A DNA stretch of 20,000 nucleotides from an uncultured virus (IMG/VR IMGVR_UViG_3300034062_006335) (lineage: Duplodnaviria; Heunggongvirae; Uroviricota; Caudoviricetes), in the IMG/VR virus record IMGVR_UViG_3300034062_006335, one strand, 5' to 3'. The translations under genes and the position numbers were made by a program. Every line of letters begins with the position of its first letter. Within the stretch, counting starts at the first letter, position 1. Positions 1 to 9,000 of this stretch are shown in pieces. The notes below the pieces were generated by a model. The model worked only from the letters and a program-made list of their open reading frames with translations. It did not search any database and was not told the origin of the DNA.

Positions 1-1493
1 AAAATAAACGTATTATCTGAATTTGCGTAAGGTAGTTGTAATACTTGAATTACTTCATTGTCAAAATCAATATCAGAATATGAACCAGTTCCTGTTGAAT
101 ATGTATTTGATAGATATGCCTGTGTTTCACTTTGACCGGCTTGTATTTCTAAAGTACTACCAATAGTGTCATCGATACCATATGGACCAACATTATCTGC
201 CGGTAATAAATCATCATTTATAACGACAGAATCGCCATATGATGTAGTACTACCTAAAGCAGGACTTGGTCCATATTTGTTATTTATATAAGTTCTATTT
301 TCAACAACCTGTCCTATATTTTCTAATTCACTATTTACAGTATCAGGAAAACCATATTCACCTTCATTTGATTTTGTTTGAAAATTAAGATTTATATCAG
401 ATTGTCTTCTTTCGGTTTCAGAACCGTATTGATTTATTGTAAATAAGATTGGTCTTTGTTCTTGTGATACTCTTTCTAGACGATTAGAAACTGTGTCTTC
501 GATTGTATAATTTCCTTGTGATAAAAATAATATTCTTAAAGTTCTATACATTTCGACCTCAAACTCACTTTGTCCATTTTCAGGTCTATATAAATTTAAT
601 TTAAATAATTGTGGTCTCTCATCTACACCTTCTAATTCTAATCCACTTTGAATTGTATCTGTAAAGTCATATTCGCCAGTTCCAATGCTAGAACTTATTC
701 TATATTGTTGTAGGTCATTATTTATTGACCACAAAGTTGTTCCATAAATTTCATCACCTTGCGATGTGGGAAAATATTGATTACTTGCGTATAATATCCC
801 TTCTTGAGTATTACCAACAAACTCCAATTCATTTCCAATTGTATATGAAATAGAATATGGTGATTGTGTTCTAAATGATGAAAGTGTTAATACATCATTA
901 ATATTATAAACAGTTTGTCCAAAATCTTCACTCGCAAAAACACCCCATTTATTTAATATTTTTAAATCTATTTCTTTTTGGTTTCCTATTCTTTCCAAAT
1001 AGTTGTTAAATGTATCAACAATTGTATATTCTCCTTCACCAATTGTTAAAATATTTTTGTCGTCATTAATAAAATAAACCGAACTTCCAAACCCTGCAAT
1101 ATTATTTTGAGGTTTGTAAACATTTTTTACTATGTGATATAATTCTGAATTATCACCAATCGTTTCTAAATCACTTAAGATGGTATCTGTTAAGTCATAT
1201 TGTCCTTCGTTTGATTTGTAGTTCAGATTTTTATTAATTTGAACCATGTCTCCGTATTCTTCACTATCCTCGGGACCATACTGATTTATTGGAAATAATA
1301 TTCTTTCTTGTCTGTCTCCAATTATTTCGATTGGTGTTGAATCAACAGGAGTTAGGTCTGTATAAGTAAATTCACCTTTAGCGGGTTTATCATCTGTTCC
1401 AAAAAAATTGACAACACGATATGCTGGCAGATTTCTTGCCAACAATTTTTTTCTAAAGTTTTCTGTAGAATTGAATGAAAGTGGACTTTCCAT
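1..1493 (-). CDS. Large putative virion/baseplate protein with ~55-aa degenerate tandem repeats (3' end runs off window)
   Basis: Not in ORF track. ATG at 1493, open for 497 codons to the edge (MESPLSFNSTENFRKKLLARNLPAY...). Directly downstream of the tape-measure gene and preceded by TATTTATC. Function inferred from position only. Confidence 0.8.
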   Translation of the reverse strand, partial: MESPLSFNSTENFRKKLLARNLPAYRVVNFFGTDDKPAKGEFTYTDLTPVDSTPIEIIGDRQERILFPINQYGPEDSEEYGDMVQINKNLNYKSNEGQYDLTDTILSDLETIGDNSELYHIVKNVYKPQNNIAGFGSSVYFINDDKNILTIGEGEYTIVDTFNNYLERIGNQKEIDLKILNKWGVFASEDFGQTVYNINDVLTLSSFRTQSPYSISYTIGNELEFVGNTQEGILYASNQYFPTSQGDEIYGTTLWSINNDLQQYRISSSIGTGEYDFTDTIQSGLELEGVDERPQLFKLNLYRPENGQSEFEVEMYRTLRILFLSQGNYTIEDTVSNRLERVSQEQRPILFTINQYGSETERRQSDINLNFQTKSNEGEYGFPDTVNSELENIGQVVENRTYINNKYGPSPALGSTTSYGDSVVINDDLLPADNVGPYGIDDTIGSTLEIQAGQSETQAYLSNTYSTGTGSYSDIDFDNEVIQVLQLPYANSDNTFI

Positions 1494-1505
1494 TAAACTT
1501 TATTT

Positions 1506-1513
1506 GATAAATA
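1506..1513 (-). promoter_or_regulatory. Putative late promoter variant TATTTATC
   Basis: 7/8 match to recurrent TATTTATA, 12 nt upstream of ATG 1493 on the coding strand. Confidence 0.5.
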
Positions 1514-1532
1514 GATTATAGTTAGATTTTTT

Positions 1533-3428
1533 CTAAAGAACACCCTGTTGTTTTTGATAATCTTTCATTTTGTATAGAACCATATCCATCAATTGTTTTT
1601 GAAAAATTGGTGAGGAAAACAATTTGTTCAAGTCCGAATTGTTGTCTCCATTAACTCTACCTGAAAGATTGATGTTTAAGTCGAGAGCACCTCCTAAAGT
1701 TTGGTTATTTTGAGACATATTTTCTACAAGTTTACCCGAACTATTAAATATTTCATCTATGTTTGTACCCATCGCAACTTGGTCTCCAACTATCCCTTTA
1801 TATATTGCGCCTTCTGACATAACCATTGGTTTACCATCTTTCGGTAAAAAAAGGTCTTCAACATCTTGTAATCCTGTTGCACCACCAGTTGTCACTACGT
1901 CAGATTTATTTTCAAATGCTTTTGTAAGGTTATCCATCGCTTCCTTGTATGCTGTGTTCACTGCAGGTAATACACGGAACTGGTCTGCAGCTTCAGCAAT
2001 ACCTTTATCGTACGCTTTAAGTCCCTCCCTATCTACACCTGACGGTGCTTCAGAAGCGGTTATTGCTTGGTCTCCCATCTTATCATTAGCCCTTTTAATT
2101 TCTTCTAACAATTCGTCTCTTTCTGTTTGGGTAAAACCTTTCAACACAGCTTCTTTTATAATATTAACATCTTTTGCTTGATTTTCTGTAATCGTCATTT
2201 GAGCGACCGCTAAATCTTTTTCTGATAATGCCGCTTTGTCTTGATAATCTTTTAACGCTTTTTGTGTGTCAGCACTTTTTAATTGTGCTTGAAGTTGTTC
2301 GGCGGTATCTGCTTCTAATTTTTTAAACCCTGGAATATCTATTGAAACTTTTCCACCTTCACCTATTTCTGCTAAACCAGCGATTAAGTTTTGTGAATCT
2401 TCATCTAAAGAATCTAAACCAAATTTATCTTTCAACATATCTAATTTGGCAGCTTCTCTACCTGCATTAACTAAATCTTCCAAATTGGCACCTGTAAGGT
2501 CTGCCTGTTCTCTTAATCTATACATGTCTTGAGTGGCAATATCGAACTTACCTGTTTCTTTGTTGAAACTAAATGCTGATTTTGTTGATTTAACAAGTTC
2601 TTCTTGTAGACCTGCCATGTCTGTTTGTGCCATGTGCAAAAGTTGAAATGGGTCTGCTAATTTACCAACAGCCCCTCCCATCATCTGAAAGGCCGCCGCT
2701 GTTTCAATAGCACCTTCAGGGTCTAAAACTTTTCCCTGTAATACCTTAGTCCCCAATGATTCCATGGTTGTTCTTAATACCATAGCTTGTTTAGCCATTT
2801 TTGTAAGACCGTCTATACCATTTTTAAAACCAAACCCACTTACATCTTTTAAACCAGTTTTTACTGTTGTCATTAATCCTTTAGCACTCAATCCTGACTT
2901 TCTTGCTGATTCAGCAATTTTTTCCATCTGTAGTAAATTAGCGGTTTGTGTCCCACCAAGTCTACTTAACTCACCTACCATTCCAGCAACATCCTTTGAT
3001 GCCATACCTGTACTCTTTGATAGTGTTACCATACTTACAAGTACCTCTTTCGATGGATTGACCATTTTACCCATACTAGCCGCTAACCCCTCTACCGCAT
3101 CTGTTACGTCTTGGAATGATGACCCTATATCCAAAGTTTCATGATACGCTTGAGTTAATCTTTCTCTAAACTGGGCAGCTCCAGTGACAAACCCTCCCAT
3201 TGTCCTTTGTAAAGACAACGCTTGGTCATTCATAGATATAAGAGCCTTATTTGCGTTTTCTAATATTGTCTGAGGTTCTGCACCTATAACAAAATTTTGT
3301 AAAGCTTCTTTTAGTTCACCTATTTGACCTTTTAATCCTGTGGCTGTATTGTATGCAGAAGTACCTCCATCCGAGGTTTTTGCGCCTGAGCTAGCGGAAG
3401 GTTCACTACCAAAAAATAACATCATCAT
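1533..3428 (-). CDS. Putative tail tape measure protein
   Basis: 631 aa, Ala/Gly/Met/Gln-rich and helical-looking. Canonical position after tube and chaperone genes. Confidence 0.75.
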   Translation of the reverse strand: MMMLFFGSEPSASSGAKTSDGGTSAYNTATGLKGQIGELKEALQNFVIGAEPQTILENANKALISMNDQALSLQRTMGGFVTGAAQFRERLTQAYHETLDIGSSFQDVTDAVEGLAASMGKMVNPSKEVLVSMVTLSKSTGMASKDVAGMVGELSRLGGTQTANLLQMEKIAESARKSGLSAKGLMTTVKTGLKDVSGFGFKNGIDGLTKMAKQAMVLRTTMESLGTKVLQGKVLDPEGAIETAAAFQMMGGAVGKLADPFQLLHMAQTDMAGLQEELVKSTKSAFSFNKETGKFDIATQDMYRLREQADLTGANLEDLVNAGREAAKLDMLKDKFGLDSLDEDSQNLIAGLAEIGEGGKVSIDIPGFKKLEADTAEQLQAQLKSADTQKALKDYQDKAALSEKDLAVAQMTITENQAKDVNIIKEAVLKGFTQTERDELLEEIKRANDKMGDQAITASEAPSGVDREGLKAYDKGIAEAADQFRVLPAVNTAYKEAMDNLTKAFENKSDVVTTGGATGLQDVEDLFLPKDGKPMVMSEGAIYKGIVGDQVAMGTNIDEIFNSSGKLVENMSQNNQTLGGALDLNINLSGRVNGDNNSDLNKLFSSPIFQKQLMDMVLYKMKDYQKQQGVL

Positions 3429-3431
3429 ACT

Positions 3432-3439
3432 AATAAGTA
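3432..3439 (-). promoter_or_regulatory. Putative late promoter variant TACTTATT
   Basis: TACTTATT-AGT-ATG, same spacing and AGT spacer as TATTTATA-AGT-ATG at 11344-11351. Confidence 0.4.
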
Positions 3440-3449
3440 TTTATTCGAG

Positions 3450-3608
3450 TTAATTTTTTTTATTTTCTTCAATTAACTTATTTATGAAATATTTTCTTTC
3501 GAACGTAGGCATACTCATACAATCTTTGTATGTGAAATTACAATATTTACAAAGATAGTATATCTCATCCATGAGATTTATTTTATACTGTGAAGAAAGG
3601 GCGAAAAA
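3450..3608 (-). CDS. Small gp51-like/gpT-like tail assembly chaperone ORF, probably expressed as a +1 frameshift extension of the upstream gene (alternative own ATG at 3572, 40 aa)
   Basis: EIYYLCKYCNFTYKDCMSMPTFERKYFINKLIEE has the MPxxER..hh..L.E pattern of small ORFs lying between tail chaperone and tape measure. Overlaps the upstream ORF end in the +1 frame. Confidence 0.7.
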   Translation of the reverse strand, partial: FFALSSQYKINLMDEIYYLCKYCNFTYKDCMSMPTFERKYFINKLIEENKKN

Positions 3609-4341
3609 ACTCCACCCCAAAAGCAACTTCAAAAGTTACTTTTTCTCCTGATGGGGCGATAACTGTTTTTTTTAAATCCAAAGAAGGTTCACAATCTTTT
3701 ATAAATTTTCTTATTGACTTAGAGTCCGCAATTGGTAATCGACTTATAAATGATGAAATATATTCTCTATCTCTATTCCCATCTATTTCTATAATGTGTT
3801 TTTCTAAAGTTTTAGTTATTGTGGGCGCAACCATCCCATTAGGATAAGAATCCTTAATTTTATCTAAATCAGAAATATCCCCTAATGATAATAACTTTAA
3901 TAAAACTTTTTTATTTGACTTAGGTAAAACAAATTCAAAAAGACCCAATTCATTTGGTTTAACTTTTGGCTCTTCATAGGATATGTTTTCTAATGTTATT
4001 GTTATTTCAAATCTTTTATTTGTAAGTGGGTCTGTCAACTCATAATTATATTCTGTACCAAAAGACGTGTTTCTTAAAAAGATAAGAATAACTCTGGCGT
4101 CAACTTCTAAAAGTTGGTTTACGTCAAATCCTGGCTCATAAACTTTATTTTTTAAAAGACTGGTTACGATACCATCTTTGAGCGAATTTGGTGACATTAA
4201 AATATTTTCGTCAGTTGCTGTTAGATAACCTACCTTTAAACTTTCCTTTTTTGGTTTGTAAAAAATACCTTTAGTCGGTAGGTTTACCACATCGTGTGGT
4301 AAATTAAAATCCATTTGTCCATAAATTTCTGATTGCTCCAT
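3583..4341 (-). CDS. Baseplate hub / tail assembly chaperone (T4 gp26-like)
   Basis: LPTKG.FY, YLTATDENIL, LIFLRNTSFG.EY, LPKS, DSKSIRKFI....P and C-terminal FF pattern. Lies between tube and tape measure. Confidence 0.7.
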   Translation of the reverse strand: MEQSEIYGQMDFNLPHDVVNLPTKGIFYKPKKESLKVGYLTATDENILMSPNSLKDGIVTSLLKNKVYEPGFDVNQLLEVDARVILIFLRNTSFGTEYNYELTDPLTNKRFEITITLENISYEEPKVKPNELGLFEFVLPKSNKKVLLKLLSLGDISDLDKIKDSYPNGMVAPTITKTLEKHIIEIDGNRDREYISSFISRLPIADSKSIRKFIKDCEPSLDLKKTVIAPSGEKVTFEVAFGVEFFRPFFTV

Positions 4342-4349
4342 AGTTTTTT

Positions 4350-4377
4350 ATTTTAAAAATAGTTTTACAATAGTCAA
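4350..4377 (-). promoter_or_regulatory. Possible sigma70-like promoter for the chaperone gene
   Basis: TTGACT-N16-TAAAAT just downstream of the tube terminator. AT-rich context weakens the call. Confidence 0.35.
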
Positions 4378-4382
4378 TGTAA

Positions 4383-4412
4383 ATAAAAAATCCCACCTGA
4401 AAAGATGGGATT
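4383..4412 (-). terminator. Intrinsic terminator after tail tube gene
   Basis: Minus strand AATCCCATC-TTTTCA-GGTGGGATT stem-loop (one G-U) followed by TTTTAT, about 20 nt after the tube stop. Confidence 0.85.
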
Positions 4413-4433
4413 GTAATATATTTTATTTTTATT

Positions 4434-4922
4434 TTAGTATACTAAAATACATCTGTCAGGTCTTAATGTTGCTTTTACTGTGATAAGTCCATCTTCACTA
4501 TAACCTAACGAGTCGAAATCAACACTTGTTAAAAATACTCCTTGTAATATCCATTTTTCAACCGCCACACCTGTTGGGTCTAACATTTCTAAATCAATAT
4601 CTTTTTTGTATCCTGCAGCATAACCCATACGTCCTGTAACTGATTCAGCGTGTAAACGAACCCACTCCATTAACGCTTGTGATGCTGATGGTCCAATAGG
4701 GTCACGGAACGTAACATCAATCGTACCCCAAGTAAATCTACCTGCAACATATGTTGATGTGTTTAAAAATGGAATTTCCACTTCTTTGATTTCAACTTTT
4801 GGTCTTGACGTGGATTCAACATACCAAGAGTTAATCCCCAAAGAAGAAGGGAAAGTAATGATAAACCTATTTTTTCTTTTAGGTTCATACTGAAAGGGCA
4901 TTTTCATTAATAAATCAGCCAT
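4434..4922 (-). CDS. Tail tube protein (T4 gp19-like)
   Basis: 162 aa with EPKRKNRF, YVAGRFTWGTIDVTFRDPI, EWVRLHAESVTGRMGYAAGYKKDI.LEMLDPTG..VEKW.L.G.F; downstream of sheath. Confidence 0.92.
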   Translation of the reverse strand: MADLLMKMPFQYEPKRKNRFIITFPSSLGINSWYVESTSRPKVEIKEVEIPFLNTSTYVAGRFTWGTIDVTFRDPIGPSASQALMEWVRLHAESVTGRMGYAAGYKKDIDLEMLDPTGVAVEKWILQGVFLTSVDFDSLGYSEDGLITVKATLRPDRCILVY

Positions 4923-4953
4923 ATCTTTTGTTTTAAGTTTGTTTTATTTATTT

Positions 4954-4961
4954 TATAAATA
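4954..4961 (-). promoter_or_regulatory. Putative late promoter TATTTATA (tube)
   Basis: GATATTTATA on the coding strand, 31 nt upstream of ATG 4922. Confidence 0.65.
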
Positions 4962-5021
4962 TCTAAAAATAATTTTTTTTATTTACTTTTTATTTTTTTT
5001 AAAATATTCTATAACTAGAAC

Positions 5022-5912
5022 CTAGTATTTAACTTTTTCTCCTCCCTTAGTTAAATATAAGTTTACTGGATTTTCTTCATATTCTTGATTTAACAATTCA
5101 GATATTTTCTCAATATTTCTTAGGTCATCATCTGAAAAACCAATTAATGGTTCCCATATAGGATTTGCATTAACATCGTTTTTAAACATCGGTGTCCCCC
5201 TTAATTCCATATTTTTTGACAATTCTTTTGCCAAGTCTCTGCAATAAGAAATAAAGTTTTTAAGTGCGTTGAATTTTTCTATTTCAGGGTTTGATGCACT
5301 ACCTTTATTAAAGGATACCGGTTCAAAAACACACATGTCTAAATATTCATTTAATTCTGATGGTGATAATGCTTCAATTTTGGTATCATTTGACACTTTG
5401 TTTCCTATTTTTCTGTACTCATTTAAATTTTTAGCTAACTCTCGCGAGTTAATACCCTCTTTATTACTCATTATAAGGTTGTATGTTGCCTCTTTAAGTG
5501 TTTCAGGACTATGACCCCTTGCTGTGATGATTGCAAATATTGAACCCCCGTTAATACACTCCACAAAGTCTTTCCAAGCAGGACCTGTTTTAGCCATCAT
5601 GGAATCTAATATGAATCTTTTATTACCTGGTTCTTTAAAATTTCTAAAAGCCCCCAAAGCATACCCTATGATTTTTTTTCCTCTATAATCAAAAGGTTCA
5701 ACCCCGATTTCTGACCGATACTCTGCAAAGTCTTCAGTTGACATTGGGACTTCATTTTCATCTTCATCCACAACCATAATAGATGTTGGCATAAACATGA
5801 TGTTGTCGTCCCAATCAAACGCATAATATTTCAAGTCAGGTCGTCCTACCTCATCAAAACCTTCTTTTATGAATTTTTTAATTCCCCTTTTAACCAAACC
5901 TTTTAAATTCAT
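5022..5912 (-). CDS. HAD-superfamily phosphatase-like protein
   Basis: Motif I YYAFDWDDNI (DxD), motif II AIITARGH, motif III Lys (PEIEK), motif IV IGFSDDDLRN. Confidence 0.75.
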   Translation of the reverse strand: MNLKGLVKRGIKKFIKEGFDEVGRPDLKYYAFDWDDNIMFMPTSIMVVDEDENEVPMSTEDFAEYRSEIGVEPFDYRGKKIIGYALGAFRNFKEPGNKRFILDSMMAKTGPAWKDFVECINGGSIFAIITARGHSPETLKEATYNLIMSNKEGINSRELAKNLNEYRKIGNKVSNDTKIEALSPSELNEYLDMCVFEPVSFNKGSASNPEIEKFNALKNFISYCRDLAKELSKNMELRGTPMFKNDVNANPIWEPLIGFSDDDLRNIEKISELLNQEYEENPVNLYLTKGGEKVKY

Positions 5913-6049
5913 TACTTTTTAAGTATTTCTAATAGTTTTTCAAGTTGACTCTCAGTTAAAACAATATTTTGTTTTTTATTAGAAAATGTTTTTTTTCCTG
6001 TGTTTGTATAACCAAGAGATTCTTTTATTATTTTTTTTTCTATTTTCAT
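5912..6049 (-). CDS. 45-aa basic microprotein (not in ORF track)
   Basis: MKIEKKIIKESLGYTNTGKKTFSNKKQNIVLTESQLEKLLEILKK*. Fills the sheath-HAD gap; its TAA overlaps the HAD ATG (TAATG coupling at 5912). Confidence 0.75.
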   Translation of the reverse strand: MKIEKKIIKESLGYTNTGKKTFSNKKQNIVLTESQLEKLLEILKK

Positions 6050-6067
6050 TTTTTTATATTGTTATTT

Positions 6068-9000
6068 TTATAGGTCATCAAATGAAGCTCCTGCCGGTGT
6101 AATTACAAATTCGATGTCAATATATTCTAACGCTCTTGTAGGTTTTATAAATATTTTACCTGTTAAAGTGTTAGAGTCTAAGTCTTCAGGTGTGTTAGAT
6201 ACTTGAACTCTAAAGTCAATAAGACCACGGTCTCTTCTAATTTGGTCTAATATTGGGTTTACTGAATCCAAGAAATCTTGTCTAACTTTAGCATCGTTTT
6301 GTTCAAACAATAATCTAACCGCCACAGCCGAAATTAACTTACGAGCTTGTAATAATAGTCTTCTAACATTAATTCTATCTAGTGCAGATTCTCTTACTTG
6401 TAAAGTTTTATTACCCCATATTACTGTACCAACATCATTAAAAGTGGCGATTGGGTTAATACTTCCTTTATATAATGTATCTCTATCATCTTGAGTAAGA
6501 TTTCTTCTTGCTCTAATTGCGTTTACCAAACCTCTTGTGTAACCAGCCGATGCGAACCATGGGAATGCAATATTATCAGTTAATGCGAAGTTTCTAACTA
6601 CCTCTGATGTTGCAGGAATGTAAAGTTGTGTGTTTGATACACTATCTAATGTTAAAATCCAAGGATAATAAGTAGCTGTGTAGTTTGAATCGATTCCTGT
6701 TTGTTCCAAATTATTTACCGCCTCTGTTGGGAATATTAATCCTTCAGAAATATCATCATAAGATGGTAAAAATAAGTTAAAGTCTGGTGTTGTGCAAACA
6801 TAAAGTGAATCCGCTCTATCGAATTGTACCATTTCTATCGCGTCTTCAACTAAATTTGAATTGTTTACATAATCAATACCCGGTGTTGCAAATACATTTA
6901 TATTAGTTCTTTCAGGGTTAGCGAATGTATCTTGACCCCATCGATATGCGTAGTAGTCAGTATTTGCCCAATTTTCTTGATTAGGTCCAGAAATAGGTTT
7001 GAATGCCCCCCAACCCGTAGCGGTTGGGTAAGTAACTGAACTTGCAGCTCCATTCATAAACCCAGTTTGACCAAGAGCAAAAGTATCACCGTTTGTTCTA
7101 TATTCTCTATAAATGTCCCAACCATCAAAACCACCATAAGGTAAAACTGTGAATTTTCTTGTATTTAGGTTATAGTATGTGTCGGAAACATTAGTAGGTT
7201 CTGAGTCAAATGAGCCCCTACCTACGTAAAATGCACTTTCCCCTGACGTTGCGTAGGCTGATGATATGGTAACAATAGTTGCTCCACTATCTAAGTGGAA
7301 ACCTTTTGTTTTATAACCCCACTCATCGCCAGTTGTTGCAGTTGCCAAATTATTAGGAATTTGTTTTCCTTTATATTGGAAAAAATCATAATCAAAACCA
7401 ACACCGTTACTGATACCTAAGTAAGCAAAACGAGGACTCTCACCCGAAGAACGTTGTTCATTATTAAATCCACTTGTAGTACCAAATGGTGGGTCATAAA
7501 TAAGTTCGTTTGGTTTATAATATACAGTTTTATATGGAACAAATGGTGGAGTTGCATTAGCATATTCTCTTGAAATATATCCTTCAAAACCACAAGGTAG
7601 TGAGTCTATCGGAGCATCGTTGTTCATTTCTAACATAACATATTTAGACCTAACTTGATACTCACCATTAGATGTACCAATCTTTTTAGCTATAAAACTA
7701 TTTTGACTAGGGTTCATAGTACAACCACGGAAACTTTCTAAAACAACAACATTTGAGTCTGTATCGTAGAAATCACGAACTAATACGTCAAACGTTAAAT
7801 TATTAAATGAGATATTTGCGATTGATATTTTTACCAAAGTGTTAGCCGCGTTACCATCAGATATTAAAACAAATCTAAATAGGTTAAATACTCTACTACC
7901 ACGTAATTCAGAAACTAAATAAGGGGTTTTAGGAGTTTGGTATTGCTCCAAATAGAAGGCGATACTATCTGAATAGTTTAAGTTAGTAGAGTCTGTAACT
8001 CCAGGTAATTCAACTAAATCACAATATAGTCCTCTAATTTTTCCTTCGTTATATCCATAATTAAGTAGTGAACTATAAGTTTCTTCAACAAAAATTGGAA
8101 CATCTGTTCTACTTTTTCCAAAATTACTACCTCCAAAAACTTTTCTCAAAAAGTTTGGACTTAGACTGTTCATTGATGTTTCAAACGAGAAGTTTGTATT
8201 TTGATAAGTTGTTCCTGTAATAAGGAAAGTCAATTTAGGGTTTTTAGTAACTCCCGAATATTTACCTGAGCAAACCATTGTAACGCCTGTAGTTGCTGAA
8301 ACTTGAAATAAAGGTCCGTGTTGAGTAGAACTAAATGTTGAAATACCTCTTGACCTTAAAGTCGCAACAACAACTTCATCATATTCACTGTATGGTGAAC
8401 CTGAATAATTTGTGGTATAAACCGCAACTGTACCTGAGTAAACACCTGAAACTGGTGTTGATGAAATACCTGACATTGCGACCCCAAAACCAACACCATA
8501 GTAACTGTTGTTTGGTGGATTATGAGTATAATCAAATAATGCGTAGTACCAAGGGTCGTTTGTTGTTTGTGCAGACAAAGAACTAGCAGTTGCCCCTGTT
8601 AAATTACCAACACCAAATGTTTCTGAGTATGATGTAATTGTTCCTGTACCGTTTGTACTAACACTTGTTACTGAATTGAAAGTAGAAGAACTTACACTAC
8701 CCCAAAATAGTGCGGTATTTCCAGATGTTGAGGCTGAAATTGCGAATGAACTAATTCTGTTAGTAACGTATGTTTGTAAGTCTTGATTTACTGAGGAAGT
8801 TCCACCATCAAATTGTGTGTACGTGTTGTAAAAACTACCATTTACGTTAATTGCTCCTGGTATAGAGGAAGTGAAAGTAATAGTACCTCCAGTTGTCCCT
8901 GTGAATGTTATACCCAAAGGACCTGTTGTACCTGTTGCCGTCATCGTTGATGGATTAGGGTTTGCGATTGTAGTAATAGACCAAGATGGTCCCGCATCAT

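Noticed and set aside
3610..3632. TTG start at 3632 for a 60-aa protein
   Set aside because: Lies inside the upstream gene with no initiation signal; the frameshift or ATG 3572 is more plausible
4982..5010. Antisense sigma70-like promoter TTTACT-N17-TATTCT pointing into the HAD gene
   Set aside because: Weak match in an almost pure A/T tract; likely chance
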